NCBI GenBank assembly: GCA_963790305.1
Contig: CAWBOC010000005.1
Coordinates: 512,001-576,000 of the forward strand
Source of the DNA: an uncultured Gemmatimonadaceae bacterium
GTDB taxonomy: Bacteria; Gemmatimonadota; Gemmatimonadetes; Gemmatimonadales; Gemmatimonadaceae
Direction of reading: 5' to 3'
DNA length: 64,000 nt
Below, one piece after another: positions 1 through 10,159 of this stretch (positions within the stretch are counted from its first letter, which is position 1; each line of letters starts with the position of its first letter). A program made the position numbers and the translations under genes. Below the pieces are notes generated by a model, which did no database searches, was not told the DNA's origin, and worked only from the letters and a program-made list of their open reading frames with translations.

Positions 1-496
1 CAAGCGGATGGAATTTCGCGGCGAGGTGCGCCGCGGGTACTTCGTGAGAGGGTTGGCGGGCGCACAGTTCGCGCTTCCGGAGGCGGTGGAGCAGCTACGG
101 GCTACCGAGCCCGATGCAACCGCGCCCTTCGTCGTCATCGCGGCAAGCGATCCGGCGAACCCCTACGCGCTCGAGCTGGACGGCGACGACATCGATCCCC
201 TTTCGCGACCGCGGGGACGCGGCGCACTCCTCGTCACGCGTGAGGGGCGTGTGGGGATGTCCGTCGAAGGACGCGGGCGGCGGATTACGATCGCGCCATG
301 GTTGGTCGAGGCCGATGTCACAGCCGCTGCCACCGCGTTCCTCGCGCATCTCCGCGCGTCGCGGGCCGCGAGCCCGCGACCTCGCGACGTGGAGGTCGAA
401 ACAATTGACGGCGTGAACGCGGCGGCGATGAAGTGGACTGAGGCGTTTTTGAAGGCGGGGTTCCGACGCGAGACGAGCGGGCTGCGAGCGTTTTGA
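1..496 (+). CDS. lhr: Lhr-family ATP-dependent helicase, C-terminal part (5' truncated by window)
   Basis: GEVRRGYFVxGLxGAQFALPEAVxxLR and AASDPANPY motifs typical of the Lhr C-terminus. Confidence 0.8.
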   Translation, partial: KRMEFRGEVRRGYFVRGLAGAQFALPEAVEQLRATEPDATAPFVVIAASDPANPYALELDGDDIDPLSRPRGRGALLVTREGRVGMSVEGRGRRITIAPWLVEADVTAAATAFLAHLRASRAASPRPRDVEVETIDGVNAAAMKWTEAFLKAGFRRETSGLRAF

Positions 497-540
497 ACGG
501 CAAAGACGTCAGACGTCAGAATTCTGACGTCTCTGCCGTT
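496..540. repeat. Tandem-inverted heptamer hairpin (AGACGTC unit) between convergent genes
   Basis: aacggca-a-agacgtc-agacgtc-agaatt-ctgacgtct-c-tgccgtt. Confidence 0.75.
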
Positions 541-545
541 GCCCT

Positions 546-1094
546 CTACCGGATATCCTCCCGCCCAAGTGCCGCCCGCACCGCTTCGCGAATGGCGACG
601 ACCGCCGACGAGGATGACGCGGGGGAATCGTCGCGCACGTGGAGCTCAATGCCGTCGGCGACGTGCACGCGTCGCCACACACCGTCGAGCTCGCCATCCC
701 GGACGACCGCGATATCGGAGCCCGCGCCGAGCGCGGGCGCGAGCGCGGTGGCGACGCGTCGCTCGAGGGCGTCCCCCGTCAGCTCCACGAGCTCCGGCTT
801 GATGCGCTCGAGCGTCTGGCCCTCGCGCTGCCGAATCTTGATGTGGAGGAGCTGCAGGAGATGACGATACCCGTAGGTCGCGGCCGTGCCGGTGCCCTCG
901 GGGCGGTCGAGCAGGCCATTCGCGACGTAGAACCGAATCGCGCGTGCGCTGAGCGACGCGCGGGCGGCGGCGTTGGTCGGGCGCATTGCGGCGGCATCGA
1001 CCAGCGCAGTGGCGTGCGCGGCGAGTCCTCGCGCGTTCCACGGCGCGTGGCGCGCGTGGGTGCGGAGCAGGGCAACGGGCGATAGATCCGCCAT
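546..1094 (-). CDS. MerR-family HTH transcriptional regulator
   Basis: RAIRFYVANGLLDRPEG...YGYRHLLQLLHIK MerR-like HTH. Confidence 0.8.
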   Translation of the reverse strand: MADLSPVALLRTHARHAPWNARGLAAHATALVDAAAMRPTNAAARASLSARAIRFYVANGLLDRPEGTGTAATYGYRHLLQLLHIKIRQREGQTLERIKPELVELTGDALERRVATALAPALGAGSDIAVVRDGELDGVWRRVHVADGIELHVRDDSPASSSSAVVAIREAVRAALGREDIR

Positions 1095-1143
1095 GGTCGG
1101 AAGGTACGGCGAACGACTTCGAGGTGCCAGCCAGCGTCGGTCG

Positions 1144-2110
1144 TTACGCTCCGTCCGCGAGGAATCGCGTCACGATCCCGTTGAACTCTGCCGACTGCTC
1201 ATCGTGCGGCACCATCCCCGCGGGATCGAGAATCGTGAGCTGGAGATCCGGATTGAGCGCCATGAACCCGCGTGCGTCCTCCACGGGCGTCTCGACCGCC
1301 TGCTCTCCCCACACCAGCAGCACTCGCTGACGGAGACGCCGAACTGCTCCGCGAACATCGAGATTCAGAATGACCGGAGAGAAACGCGGCTGGCGCATGC
1401 CGCGCGCCGGGTTGATGCGCGGCGCGGTGATAGATATCCACCAGCTCGGGCGTCACGAAGTCGAGATCGACGTACGCGCGCTCGAGCCAGTAGCGGAGGC
1501 TGCGTCGCGACGCGAGGGTGTTGAAGACCGCAGCACCGACGAGGGGCGCGTCGACCACGAGTCGCGCCACATCGCCCCCGGTCGTGGCGGCGCTGTTGCG
1601 CCTTACGAGTCCTGTCGGCTCAATCAAGACGAGCGCGGGATACTGGCCCGGATCGCGGGCCCCGAGCACGGCGGCGTAGGCGGCCGTCAATGACAATGCG
1701 ATGAGTGTCGCCGGCGCTCCAATGGCTTGACGCGCGAAGTCGTCGATAAGCCGCATGTAGAGCCGCGCGCTGTATCGCACCTGCGGGCGATCCGACATTC
1801 CGAAGCCGAGCAGGTCGAGGGCGTACACGTCGTGTGTTGCCGCAAGGGCATCAATGTTCGAGCGCCACTCGTACGACCACGCTGCGGTGTGAATGCCGTG
1901 GAGCAACAACACCGCACGCTCCTGCTGCGTGCGCGCCTTGCGATGTGCGTAGAACAGCCTGCGCCCGCGCCAATCGAACCACTGGCCGTCTCCGCCGATG
2001 AGATTTTCGAGGGGGGCGACGCGGCGCGACGCGAGCGCATTCAACGTCGCGGCCGCGCCGATCGCCGCGCCACTGGCGAGCAGGGCGCGGCGCCACGACG
2101 GTCGAATCAC
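1144..2110 (-). CDS. Alpha/beta-fold hydrolase (frameshift near 1370, probably an extra base)
   Basis: LLLHG, DLLGFGMS in ORF 1199..2110; LLVWG and PHDE His motif continue in ORF 1144..1398. Confidence 0.8.
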
Positions 2111-3312
2111 GCGCCGCTCGGCTCGGAGGGTGCGCCTTTTCCTGAGGACGCCGGCTTTACCGCCACGGCCCGCTCGACGGGACGGGATGTCGCCTTTCGC
2201 GCGCGCGGTGGGGTCCGCTCCGGTGCCGAGCCAGGAAGTGTGATGCGCACCGTCGTCCCGCGTTCGGCATCGCTGTCGATCGCAATCGATCCGCCGTGCT
2301 CCTCAATGATGCGGCGCGCGAGCGCGAGCGCGATGCCGCTCCCCCCGCGCCGCACCGGAGAAAAAATGTCGAACGCGCGAGTGAGCTCGTCAGGCGGAAT
2401 CGGCGGTCCGCCATGGGTGATCGCGCAGCGCCACCGTCCGCGAGCCTGTGTCTCCGACACGAGCTTCAAATCCGAGCCCTGCGGTGCGCCGTCAGCCGCG
2501 TGGGCGAGCAGTGTCACGAACGCCTGCGACAGCTGCGTAGAATCGAGATCGCAGGTGGCGTGCTGCTTCGGCCGCTCCCGCGTCACCAGCAGCGAGCGGC
2601 TCTCGAGTACGCCGCGATGCGCCTGGAGGACATCATCCCATACGCGATCGGGATCACCCGGCTCGAGACGCGGGGCATGGACGCTCCCATATTCGAGCAG
2701 GTCGGTGACCATTCCGTTCAGTCGCTCCACCTCACGGAGGATGCGGCCAATGTTCCGCTCCAGCACTGGATCCTCTCTCGCCCGAAAGCGAAGGAGCTGA
2801 GCCGCGGACGACAGCCCAAACAGGGGGTTGCGAAGCTCGTTGGCGATGCCAGTGACAATGGTGGCCGCTGTCTCGAGCTCTTCGCGGTGCTGCACGCGGC
2901 CGAGGTGCCGTGCGTGCTCGATCGCGATCGCGGCCTCATCGGCGATCGCGGCGAGCTCCCGTTCCGCGCGCGCGAGGATCGCGCTCGAGTCTACGTCTTC
3001 CGCCAGCACCACCATCGCGCCGACGAGACCGGAAGGCGCAAGCATCGGCGCCGTGAGCTCCTGTCCTCGCAATGTGCAATGCATGAGGACGCGTCCGGCA
3101 GCCAGGGCCTCCAGTCCGTGCTCGCGAACGCGCTCTTCGAGCGCTTCGCGTTCCGCATCGTATCCGACGGCATGCGCGACGCGAAGTCGCGTGGATCCTT
3201 CGTCGGAGATGGCGAACGCGATCGCTTCGGCACGCATCGTTTGCCTGATGCGGCGCGCAAGCTCCTGCGTCAGTCGCTCGAGCTCGAGCTCGAAGACGCT
3301 CATGCAATGCAC
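2107..3312 (-). CDS. GAF + HisKA/HATPase protein with degenerate catalytic motifs (pseudo histidine kinase)
   Basis: ANELRNPL (His replaced by Asn), GSGIALAL G2 box, EEHGGSI; N-terminal GAF-like region. Confidence 0.75.
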   Translation of the reverse strand: MHCMSVFELELERLTQELARRIRQTMRAEAIAFAISDEGSTRLRVAHAVGYDAEREALEERVREHGLEALAAGRVLMHCTLRGQELTAPMLAPSGLVGAMVVLAEDVDSSAILARAERELAAIADEAAIAIEHARHLGRVQHREELETAATIVTGIANELRNPLFGLSSAAQLLRFRAREDPVLERNIGRILREVERLNGMVTDLLEYGSVHAPRLEPGDPDRVWDDVLQAHRGVLESRSLLVTRERPKQHATCDLDSTQLSQAFVTLLAHAADGAPQGSDLKLVSETQARGRWRCAITHGGPPIPPDELTRAFDIFSPVRRGGSGIALALARRIIEEHGGSIAIDSDAERGTTVRITLPGSAPERTPPRARKATSRPVERAVAVKPASSGKGAPSEPSGA

Positions 3313-3389
3313 ATCATAGAAGTGGATCGGGGGCCGTGGGCAAGGAATTCAGGACCCTGCCCCGGCCCCCGATCGAGTTCCAGCAATGA

Positions 3390-4346
3390 TCAGCGGCGGG
3401 AGCGCTTGCGTGCGCCGCCGCGACCGGGATTCTTTTTGCCGCGCGTGCGGGCGCCCCCGGCCTTCTTCGCGCTGCCAGTGCGACCGCGAGCGCCTCCACT
3501 CTTTCGAGCGCCACCGCCCTTGCGACCGCTGCTGCCGCCGCCGGCCTTGGAGCGCGCGCCACCAGCCTTCTTTTTCCCACCGCCGCCCTTGCGAGCGGCC
3601 TTCTTCGCGCTCGACTTCTTTTTCGCCGAGCCGCCACTCTTCGTCGCGGACTTGCGACCTCCGCCAGCCGCGGCGGCACCTCCGCCCCCGCTGCGCGCAC
3701 TTGTCGCGCCGCCCCCCTGCATGCCTCCCGGCGACGATGGACGAGCGCCGCCCGCCAGGCTCGAAGCGGTCATGGATCCGCCGGTGGTCGTGCCGCCGCG
3801 TGTGGCTCCGCCACCCCCTCCGCCAGCGCTACCGCCACCTCCGGGCCTCGACGCGCTGCTAGCGCCGCCTCCGGGCCTCGACGCGCTGCTAGCGCCGCCT
3901 CCGGGGGGTCCGCCAGGACGCGATGCGCCGCCGCCACCTCCCCCGGATCCCCCAGGGCGCGATGCGCCGCCGGTGCCGCCCCCCATCCCGCCGCCTGGCC
4001 GCGACCCGCCGGTGGCACCGCCCGCGCCGGTTCCCGCGCCACCGCGCGTAGCGCCACCGGCACCCCCACGGCCCGCGCCTCCGCCTCGGGGCGTCGCGAA
4101 CTCCTCCTCCTCTTCCAGCTCGTCGACGGACCCGGCGTCATCATCGTCGTCCAGGTCGTCGTCATCATCTTCGGCGCTGTCCCAGAGGTCGTCGCCGTCG
4201 TGTTTCGTCATCCCCCAGCCGCTCCCCTCTTCATCATCGTCATCGTCGTACGAGCTCCCGCCACCACCGCCGTAACCGGGCTCGTCCGAGTCATCATCGC
4301 GGTCGGAGAAGAAAAGCTCCTCGTTCGACTCATCACCGCGCCGCAT
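3390..4346 (-). CDS. Low-complexity protein: acidic N-terminus, Gly-rich linker, Lys/Arg-rich histone-like tail
   Basis: SD caggagg upstream of ATG at 4346; D/E tracts, GGGASSASRP repeats, KKAARK-type tail. Confidence 0.7.
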   Translation of the reverse strand: MRRGDESNEELFFSDRDDDSDEPGYGGGGGSSYDDDDDEEGSGWGMTKHDGDDLWDSAEDDDDDLDDDDDAGSVDELEEEEEFATPRGGGAGRGGAGGATRGGAGTGAGGATGGSRPGGGMGGGTGGASRPGGSGGGGGGASRPGGPPGGGASSASRPGGGASSASRPGGGGSAGGGGGGATRGGTTTGGSMTASSLAGGARPSSPGGMQGGGATSARSGGGGAAAAGGGRKSATKSGGSAKKKSSAKKAARKGGGGKKKAGGARSKAGGGSSGRKGGGARKSGGARGRTGSAKKAGGARTRGKKNPGRGGARKRSRR

Positions 4347-4526
4347 GTCTGCCTCCTGAGGGTATGTGGTGCGCGAACCTCGCGGGTCACGCGAACTGCG
4401 CTCATGCCAGCGTGCCGCCGCGCGGTGCACGACATGTGCCTCTCGCGACGGCGCGCACTGCTCTGCGACGCTCTCATACAACACCAGGAGAGTTCCGTCA
4501 AGGCGGGATTGTTTCTCTGCAAACCT

Positions 4527-4616
4527 GAAGACCTCAGGGGTCAGACGTCAGCGATCAGAATTCAGAAGAGGCAGTTTCTGACATCTGATCCCTGACGTCT
4601 GACCCCTGAGGTCTTC
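4527..4616. repeat. Long inverted repeat built from TCAGA/CTGA heptamer-like units
   Basis: Perfect 25-bp arms gaagacctcaggggtcagacgtcag (4527-4551) and ctgacgtctgacccctgaggtcttc (4592-4616). Confidence 0.85.
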
Positions 4617-4648
4617 GGCCGTGCAGAGTCCGCGTTAGCGACCGCGCT

Positions 4649-5765
4649 CTACCCTTCTGTTTCGTCGAGGAAGACAATGGACGCACCCCGGCCGACGACC
4701 GACTTCAGCGCGGCGAATACCCGCGGGTCCAGCAACCGGTTGACGTGCTGCTCCAGCAGCCTCAGCGTGTCGTCCTGCGTCAGTGGCTCGCGGTAGGCGC
4801 GCTTGGAGGTGAGCGCGTCGAAGGCGTCGGCTGCCGCCAGGATCTTTCCGCCGATCGAGATCTGCTCGTCCTTCAGACCGCGCGGGTAGCCTGCGCCGTC
4901 GTGGTGCTCGTGGTGATCGTGCACGAAGCGAAGCGCCTCGCCGATGTGCTTGAGCGGCGCCAGGATCTCCATGCCGATGCGCACGTGGTCCTTGATGTGC
5001 GCGAACTCATCGGGGGTGAGCTTGCCCGGCTTGTTCAGGATGTCTTCCCGAATCCCGATCTTGCCGACGTCATGGATGCGTCCCGCGAGACGCACGTTCT
5101 CCACGGTATCGGGGTCCAGACCGAGCTGGTCGGCGATCGACGCGCCGAGTGCGGCAACGCGCTGCGAGTGCCCCCGGAGGTAGATGTCTTTCGCTTCCAT
5201 CGCGTTGATGAGCGTCTCCACGATGTTGACCGTCAAGCCACGCAACGCCCCCTTTTCGCGCTCGAGCTCCGCGGTGCGCAACGCCACCTCTTCGCGGATG
5301 AGCCGCTCGACCTTCCGTTGCTCAATGGCGAGATCGCGCTTGTGTAACGCACGCTCGACTGCCTGCTGCAGATCGACGAGCTCGATCGGCTTCATCAGGT
5401 AGTCGTACGCCCCGCGCGAGAGCGCTTCCGTCGCCGTCGGTGCGTCGTTGACGGCCGTGAGCATCATGATCGCCAGGTCGGGGTCGATCTCGAGCGCCTT
5501 GGGCACGACCTCGACACCACTCATGCCGGGCATGCGCACGTCGCAGAGCATGAGCACGAAGCGGTTACGCTCGAGAATGCTCCAGCGCCGCGGCACCGCT
5601 CTCGGCGGTATGCACGTCGTAGCCTCGCGTCTTCAGGAACTTGCCGAGGGCGAGGCGAATGGTTTCCTCGTCGTCGACAACGAGCATGCGTTTGATCCAC
5701 TCGTCGCCCGACATGCCGGATGGACGCTGGACTCGTGGAATGGGTAGGGTCGAAGTCTCGCTCAT
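4649..5765 (-). CDS. Response regulator with HD-GYP c-di-GMP phosphodiesterase domain (frameshift near 5580)
   Basis: MLVVDDE in 5565..5765, DVRMPGMSG, HDVGK, HHEHHDGAGYP in 4649..5596. Confidence 0.88.
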
Positions 5766-8700
5766 GGGTGCCTGCTAGGGTTCGCCGCGATCGTCGCGCC
5801 GTCAGCGGTAGCCGAGGCGGGGAGGGAAATTCGGAACGTGGAGCCGATGCCCACGACGCTCTGGGCGGAGAGGGTACCGCCGTGCGACTGCATGATGCCG
5901 TAGCTGACGCTGAGGCCGAGCCCCGTTCCAGTCCCTTCCGGCTTGGTCGTGAAGAAGGGCTCGAAGATGCGCTTCTGTACGTCCGGAGTCATGCCGGTGC
6001 CAGTGTCCCTGACCTCGACGACGACCCTGCTTCCTTCGTTACGCGTGCTGACTCCGAGCTGCCGGATGGGCGTGCTCGCCATCGCGTGCTCGGCGTTCAC
6101 GATGAGATTCAGGAGCACTTGCTGAAGCTGGCGATCGTCGCCGCGCACTCGCGCCAACGCCGGATCGAGCGCGGTCTCGAGCGTGACGCCGGTGGATCGC
6201 ATGCCGTACGAGCGCAACCGGATGGTCTGTTCCACGAGATCGTTCATGTCGACCATCACGCTCCGCGGCCCCGTCTTGCGGGCAAAGGCGAGCAGATCAC
6301 GGATGACGGAGACCGCGCGATCGGCCTCGCGCTTCATGAGGGAGACCGATTCCCGCTGCTCACCCGAGAGATCATCCTCGAGCAGGAGCTGCGCAAAGGC
6401 GCTGATGCCGGTGAGCGGGTTGTTCACCTCGTGCGCTACTCCCGCCACCAGCTCACCGAGCGCAGCCAGCTTCTCGGACTGCCGCAACTGCTCGGCCATC
6501 CGGCGCTCCTCGGTGAGGTCGCGCACGACAATGACGTGGCCGACCCGACGGCGAGTGCCATCGCGAATCGGGCTTACGATGAGCCAGGCGGGGAAGTCGT
6601 TCCCATCTTTCCGGCGGAGCGGCCGCTCGCCAGCCCAGTGGCCGACGTCATCCATCGCGCGGGCGGCGGCGTTGCGGTCCTGCATGCTCCACAGGTGCAC
6701 CTGGAAGGTGCCGACGTGCAGTCCAACCAGATCGTCGGGCGAATACCCGAACTGCGCGGCGGCGGCACCGTTCGCGTACCGAACGATGAGATCGCGCGAC
6801 ACGATGAAGACCGGTTGCTCCATCGCCTCGAGCGCGGTCGCGAGGACGCGCCGGCGCTCCTGCTGATGCCGCTCCTCCTCGCGGAGCTGCAACGTCTCCA
6901 GGGCGAGCGCGAGTGAGTCGGCGAGCCGGCACAGCGTCTCGCGAACGTGCACGGGGAGGCTGGTATCGCGAACGAGCAGCTCACCGCGGGAACGCTCGCC
7001 TGACGAGAGCGTCACTCGGATCGTGCCGACGTCATCCCTGGCCGGCGCGACACCGCGTGTCGCTACCGTCCGACGCATACCGTCGGTCCCAATGACGTCG
7101 AGTGTCATTCCGCTAGTGGGACAGGCACCGGCGACCAGGCTCAGGACCGCATCGGCGCCTGCTTCGAGATCGCTCGCCGCGAGCGCGGCGCGTGCGACCG
7201 CGGCCGCCAGCTGTGCACGCTCCAGCTCCCGGCGCTCGGTCTCGAAGGCGCGGGCGTTGACGATCGCCGTTCCCGCCTGACGAGCGATGAGCATGACGAG
7301 GTCGACGTCATCCCAGTCGTATGCTTGCGGATCGTACGACTGCGCCTGAAGCACGCCGAGCGCCCGATCTCCGTGGAGAATCGGGGCGCTGAGGACGACC
7401 GCCACCTCACCACGGCCTTCCGTGACGTGCACCTGCCCTGACCACCCGGCACGGGAGCGCGCCGCGACGTTGGGCTGCCGGGTCAAGAATGCCTGGGTGG
7501 TATTGCCACTGCCGGGCGGAAAGCGCGGCAGCGTATCCGTCTCGATCGGCTCGGCGTCGTTGACGCAGTACTCCGGGACGAAGACGCCGCCGTCCTCATC
7601 GAAGGAGAGGAGCACGAAGCATGGCGAGTCGACGACGGATGCCACGGCAGAGTAGATCTTCGAGTACACCTCGTCGAGCGATATCGTCTCGGAGATCGCT
7701 CGCTGAACCTGGGCCACGGCCTCGAACCGCGCGGCGCGTCGCTCGAGATCCCCGACCAGCCGCGCGTTCCGAACGGCCAGCGCCACGTGCGTGCCGAAGT
7801 CGGTGAGAAGCTGGCGTTGTTCCGGCTCGAATGTCTGGGCGCGGCAGTACCGCAGCGTCAGTACCCCGCGCGCCCGCCCTTCGATCATCAGCGGCAGCAC
7901 GGCAACGGCGAGAATTCCCGTCTCCAGAAGAGCCGGGACGGTGTGGACGTCGCGCAGGGGCGTCACGTCGCAGGTGAAGACCGGGCGCCCCGAGCGCATC
8001 GCCTCTCCGAGCGGTGTGTTCCAGAACCAGTGCTGCACGGCCCCGGCGACGTCGTGGCCGATACCCTCCTGAAGCGCGACATCGATGTCATCCGACTCCG
8101 CATCAGCGAGGTAGATGCCGACGCCGTCGGCGTGCAATGCCTCGCGCGCAATGCGGGTGATGTCGGCGAACATGGCGTCGGCGGTGACATGCCGAGCCAG
8201 TGCCTGCGCATTGGACGCGAGGATTCTCGCGTGGTGCATCGTGCGGGCGGCGGCACGAAAGAGGCGCGCGTTCTCGATCGCGATGGCACCGTGGCCAGCC
8301 AGGGCGAGCAACAGCTCCTCGTCCCGGTCGTCGAAGCACCGCCCGGGGTCGCCGAGGATCACGATCGCACCGATCGCGCGGTCGGCCACGAGCAGCGGCA
8401 CTCCGATCGCCGTCTGGCGGCCGGGGGGAACGCGCTGCGCGGTCCAGGGCCACGGGGCATCGGAAGCGCCGAGGTCGGCCGTGCGGAGCGGTTTTCGCGC
8501 ACGCACACACGCACCAGCGAACGAGCCATTCAGAGGTATGACGGCATCGAGCAGCGAGTCCTCGGCGCCGTACGTCCCGCTCACCCGAAACGAATCCTCC
8601 TCTGCCATCAGGACTCGTGCGCTGACGCCGCCCACGAGCTCGGCGGCGTATTGGGCGACGAGTGCCAGCACGCGATCGAGCTCGAGTGACTGGTTGATGC

Positions 8701-9142
8701 GTTGAATGACCTCCGTCAGCGCGCGCGCATCGTCCGCACTTCGCTCGGCAGCTTCGCGATGCTGACGGGCGGACTCGTCAGGCGCGCGGGAGTCCAGGTC
8801 GAGCTCGAGGAGAATCGCGTCGTCACCTAACGGCGCGACGGACCGGAGCACGGGACCGGCCTCGTCATCGGCCAGCGGAAGCGCCGGGCCATGGTAGGGA
8901 ATACGGTCGCGCATGACGGCGCGGAGCGCCGAATCGAGCGACGGCGTCCGCAGCGCGGGCAGCCGGTCCCAGAGCGAGGTACCGAGCGCGTCGTGGGTGG
9001 GAATGCCGGTGAGCTTGGCGAGCGCGCGCGTCCATCGAACGATTTCCCACCGCGCATCGACCACGGCGAGCCCGAGACTCAGCGCATCGAGCTCATCGGA
9101 GCCGATGACGGTTGAGGCGCCGTTGCGGGCGGGAGGGACCAT
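5762..9142 (-). CDS. Multi-GAF/PAS sensor histidine kinase
   Basis: AHEVNNPL H-box, NLIVNA N-box, DTGTGM, FFTTK, GTGLGLS; several GAF and PAS regions; 4-bp overlap with the HD-GYP gene. Confidence 0.92.
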   Translation of the reverse strand: MVPPARNGASTVIGSDELDALSLGLAVVDARWEIVRWTRALAKLTGIPTHDALGTSLWDRLPALRTPSLDSALRAVMRDRIPYHGPALPLADDEAGPVLRSVAPLGDDAILLELDLDSRAPDESARQHREAAERSADDARALTEVIQRINQSLELDRVLALVAQYAAELVGGVSARVLMAEEDSFRVSGTYGAEDSLLDAVIPLNGSFAGACVRARKPLRTADLGASDAPWPWTAQRVPPGRQTAIGVPLLVADRAIGAIVILGDPGRCFDDRDEELLLALAGHGAIAIENARLFRAAARTMHHARILASNAQALARHVTADAMFADITRIAREALHADGVGIYLADAESDDIDVALQEGIGHDVAGAVQHWFWNTPLGEAMRSGRPVFTCDVTPLRDVHTVPALLETGILAVAVLPLMIEGRARGVLTLRYCRAQTFEPEQRQLLTDFGTHVALAVRNARLVGDLERRAARFEAVAQVQRAISETISLDEVYSKIYSAVASVVDSPCFVLLSFDEDGGVFVPEYCVNDAEPIETDTLPRFPPGSGNTTQAFLTRQPNVAARSRAGWSGQVHVTEGRGEVAVVLSAPILHGDRALGVLQAQSYDPQAYDWDDVDLVMLIARQAGTAIVNARAFETERRELERAQLAAAVARAALAASDLEAGADAVLSLVAGACPTSGMTLDVIGTDGMRRTVATRGVAPARDDVGTIRVTLSSGERSRGELLVRDTSLPVHVRETLCRLADSLALALETLQLREEERHQQERRRVLATALEAMEQPVFIVSRDLIVRYANGAAAAQFGYSPDDLVGLHVGTFQVHLWSMQDRNAAARAMDDVGHWAGERPLRRKDGNDFPAWLIVSPIRDGTRRRVGHVIVVRDLTEERRMAEQLRQSEKLAALGELVAGVAHEVNNPLTGISAFAQLLLEDDLSGEQRESVSLMKREADRAVSVIRDLLAFARKTGPRSVMVDMNDLVEQTIRLRSYGMRSTGVTLETALDPALARVRGDDRQLQQVLLNLIVNAEHAMASTPIRQLGVSTRNEGSRVVVEVRDTGTGMTPDVQKRIFEPFFTTKPEGTGTGLGLSVSYGIMQSHGGTLSAQSVVGIGSTFRISLPASATADGATIAANPSRHP

Positions 9143-9263
9143 GAAGGCAGACGGCGGGCTCGAAGGGGCGGTCGTGACGCGGCCGGTCGGGCGCTCCGAC
9201 CACCGGAATGAGACGAGCCAGCGGAAAACGGTGTAACGGTTTGCGTCAGCCTAAGATTCGTCT

Positions 9264-9276
9264 AATCAACAGCTTG
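9264..9276 (+). promoter_or_regulatory. Possible IHF-binding site upstream of the sensor kinase
   Basis: AATCAAcagcTTG matches WATCAANNNNTTR in an AT-richer intergenic gap. Confidence 0.35.
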
Positions 9277-9313
9277 AGGTGAAGGTGATGAGGGAGAACG
9301 TGTGACCATTGGG

Positions 9314-10159
9314 TCACCCTCCGACGAACTCCACCTTCACCTCGTGGGGGATGATTCCGGCCTTGTGCCCTTCATTGAGAAGGAGTCGGACGGCGGCGCG
9401 ACCCCGCTCGCCATAATCGAGAGTCCACTCGTTGACGTACATGCCGACGAACGTGTCGGCTCGGCGTGGATCGAGGCCGCGTGCATATTGCATCGCGTGG
9501 TCGAGCGCGTTGCTGCGATGCTCCAGTCCATATGCGATACTGGCGTGTAAGTGGCGCGATATGGTCTCGATAAGTTCGGGTCCAAGGTCCTTCCGGATGA
9601 CGTTGCCTCCCAGTGGGAGAGGCAGCCCGGTCTCCTGGAACCACCACTCCCCCATGTCCGCCAGCAGGTGGAGCCCCCGGTCCTGGAAGGTCAGCTGCCC
9701 CTCGTGGATCAGCAGGCCGGCATCGACCTCGCCCCGCTCGACCACATCCTCGATCTCGTCGAAAGGCGTGGGCACCGGCGCGAAGTCGGGCTGCCAGAGC
9801 TTGAGGGCGAGGTATGCCGTCGTCAGCGTGCCGGGGATGGCGATGCGCGCGCCCGCCAGCGCGTCGCGGGAACGCGGCTCGCGAGCGACAAGTCGAGGCC
9901 CGTAGCCGTCGCCCATCGAGGAGCCGTGTGGGAGCAGCGCATAACGATCGGCCAGATAGGCGTAGGCATGGATGGACACCGCGGTGACCTCGAGCTCACC
10001 GCGCAACGCGCGACGGTTGAGTGTCTCGATGTCCTGAAGCTCGTGCTCGTAGGCGATGCCGTCGGTATCGATCTTCCCGGCTGCGAGCGCGTAGAACATG
10101 AACGCGTCGTCGGAGTCGGGAGAGTGGGCGACGCGAATCACACGGCGCGCGGCGCTCAT
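9314..10159 (-). CDS. mqnD: 1,4-dihydroxy-6-naphthoate synthase (futalosine menaquinone pathway)
   Basis: HSPDSDDAFMFYAL, DIETLN, GDGYGP, LIHEGQ, LPLPLG, MYVN motifs. Confidence 0.85.
   Translation of the reverse strand: MSAARRVIRVAHSPDSDDAFMFYALAAGKIDTDGIAYEHELQDIETLNRRALRGELEVTAVSIHAYAYLADRYALLPHGSSMGDGYGPRLVAREPRSRDALAGARIAIPGTLTTAYLALKLWQPDFAPVPTPFDEIEDVVERGEVDAGLLIHEGQLTFQDRGLHLLADMGEWWFQETGLPLPLGGNVIRKDLGPELIETISRHLHASIAYGLEHRSNALDHAMQYARGLDPRRADTFVGMYVNEWTLDYGERGRAAVRLLLNEGHKAGIIPHEVKVEFVGG

Noticed and set aside
2296..4275. 659-aa Pro-rich ORF on + strand
   Set aside because: Antisense shadow of the pseudo-kinase and Gly-rich genes; stop codons are rare at this GC
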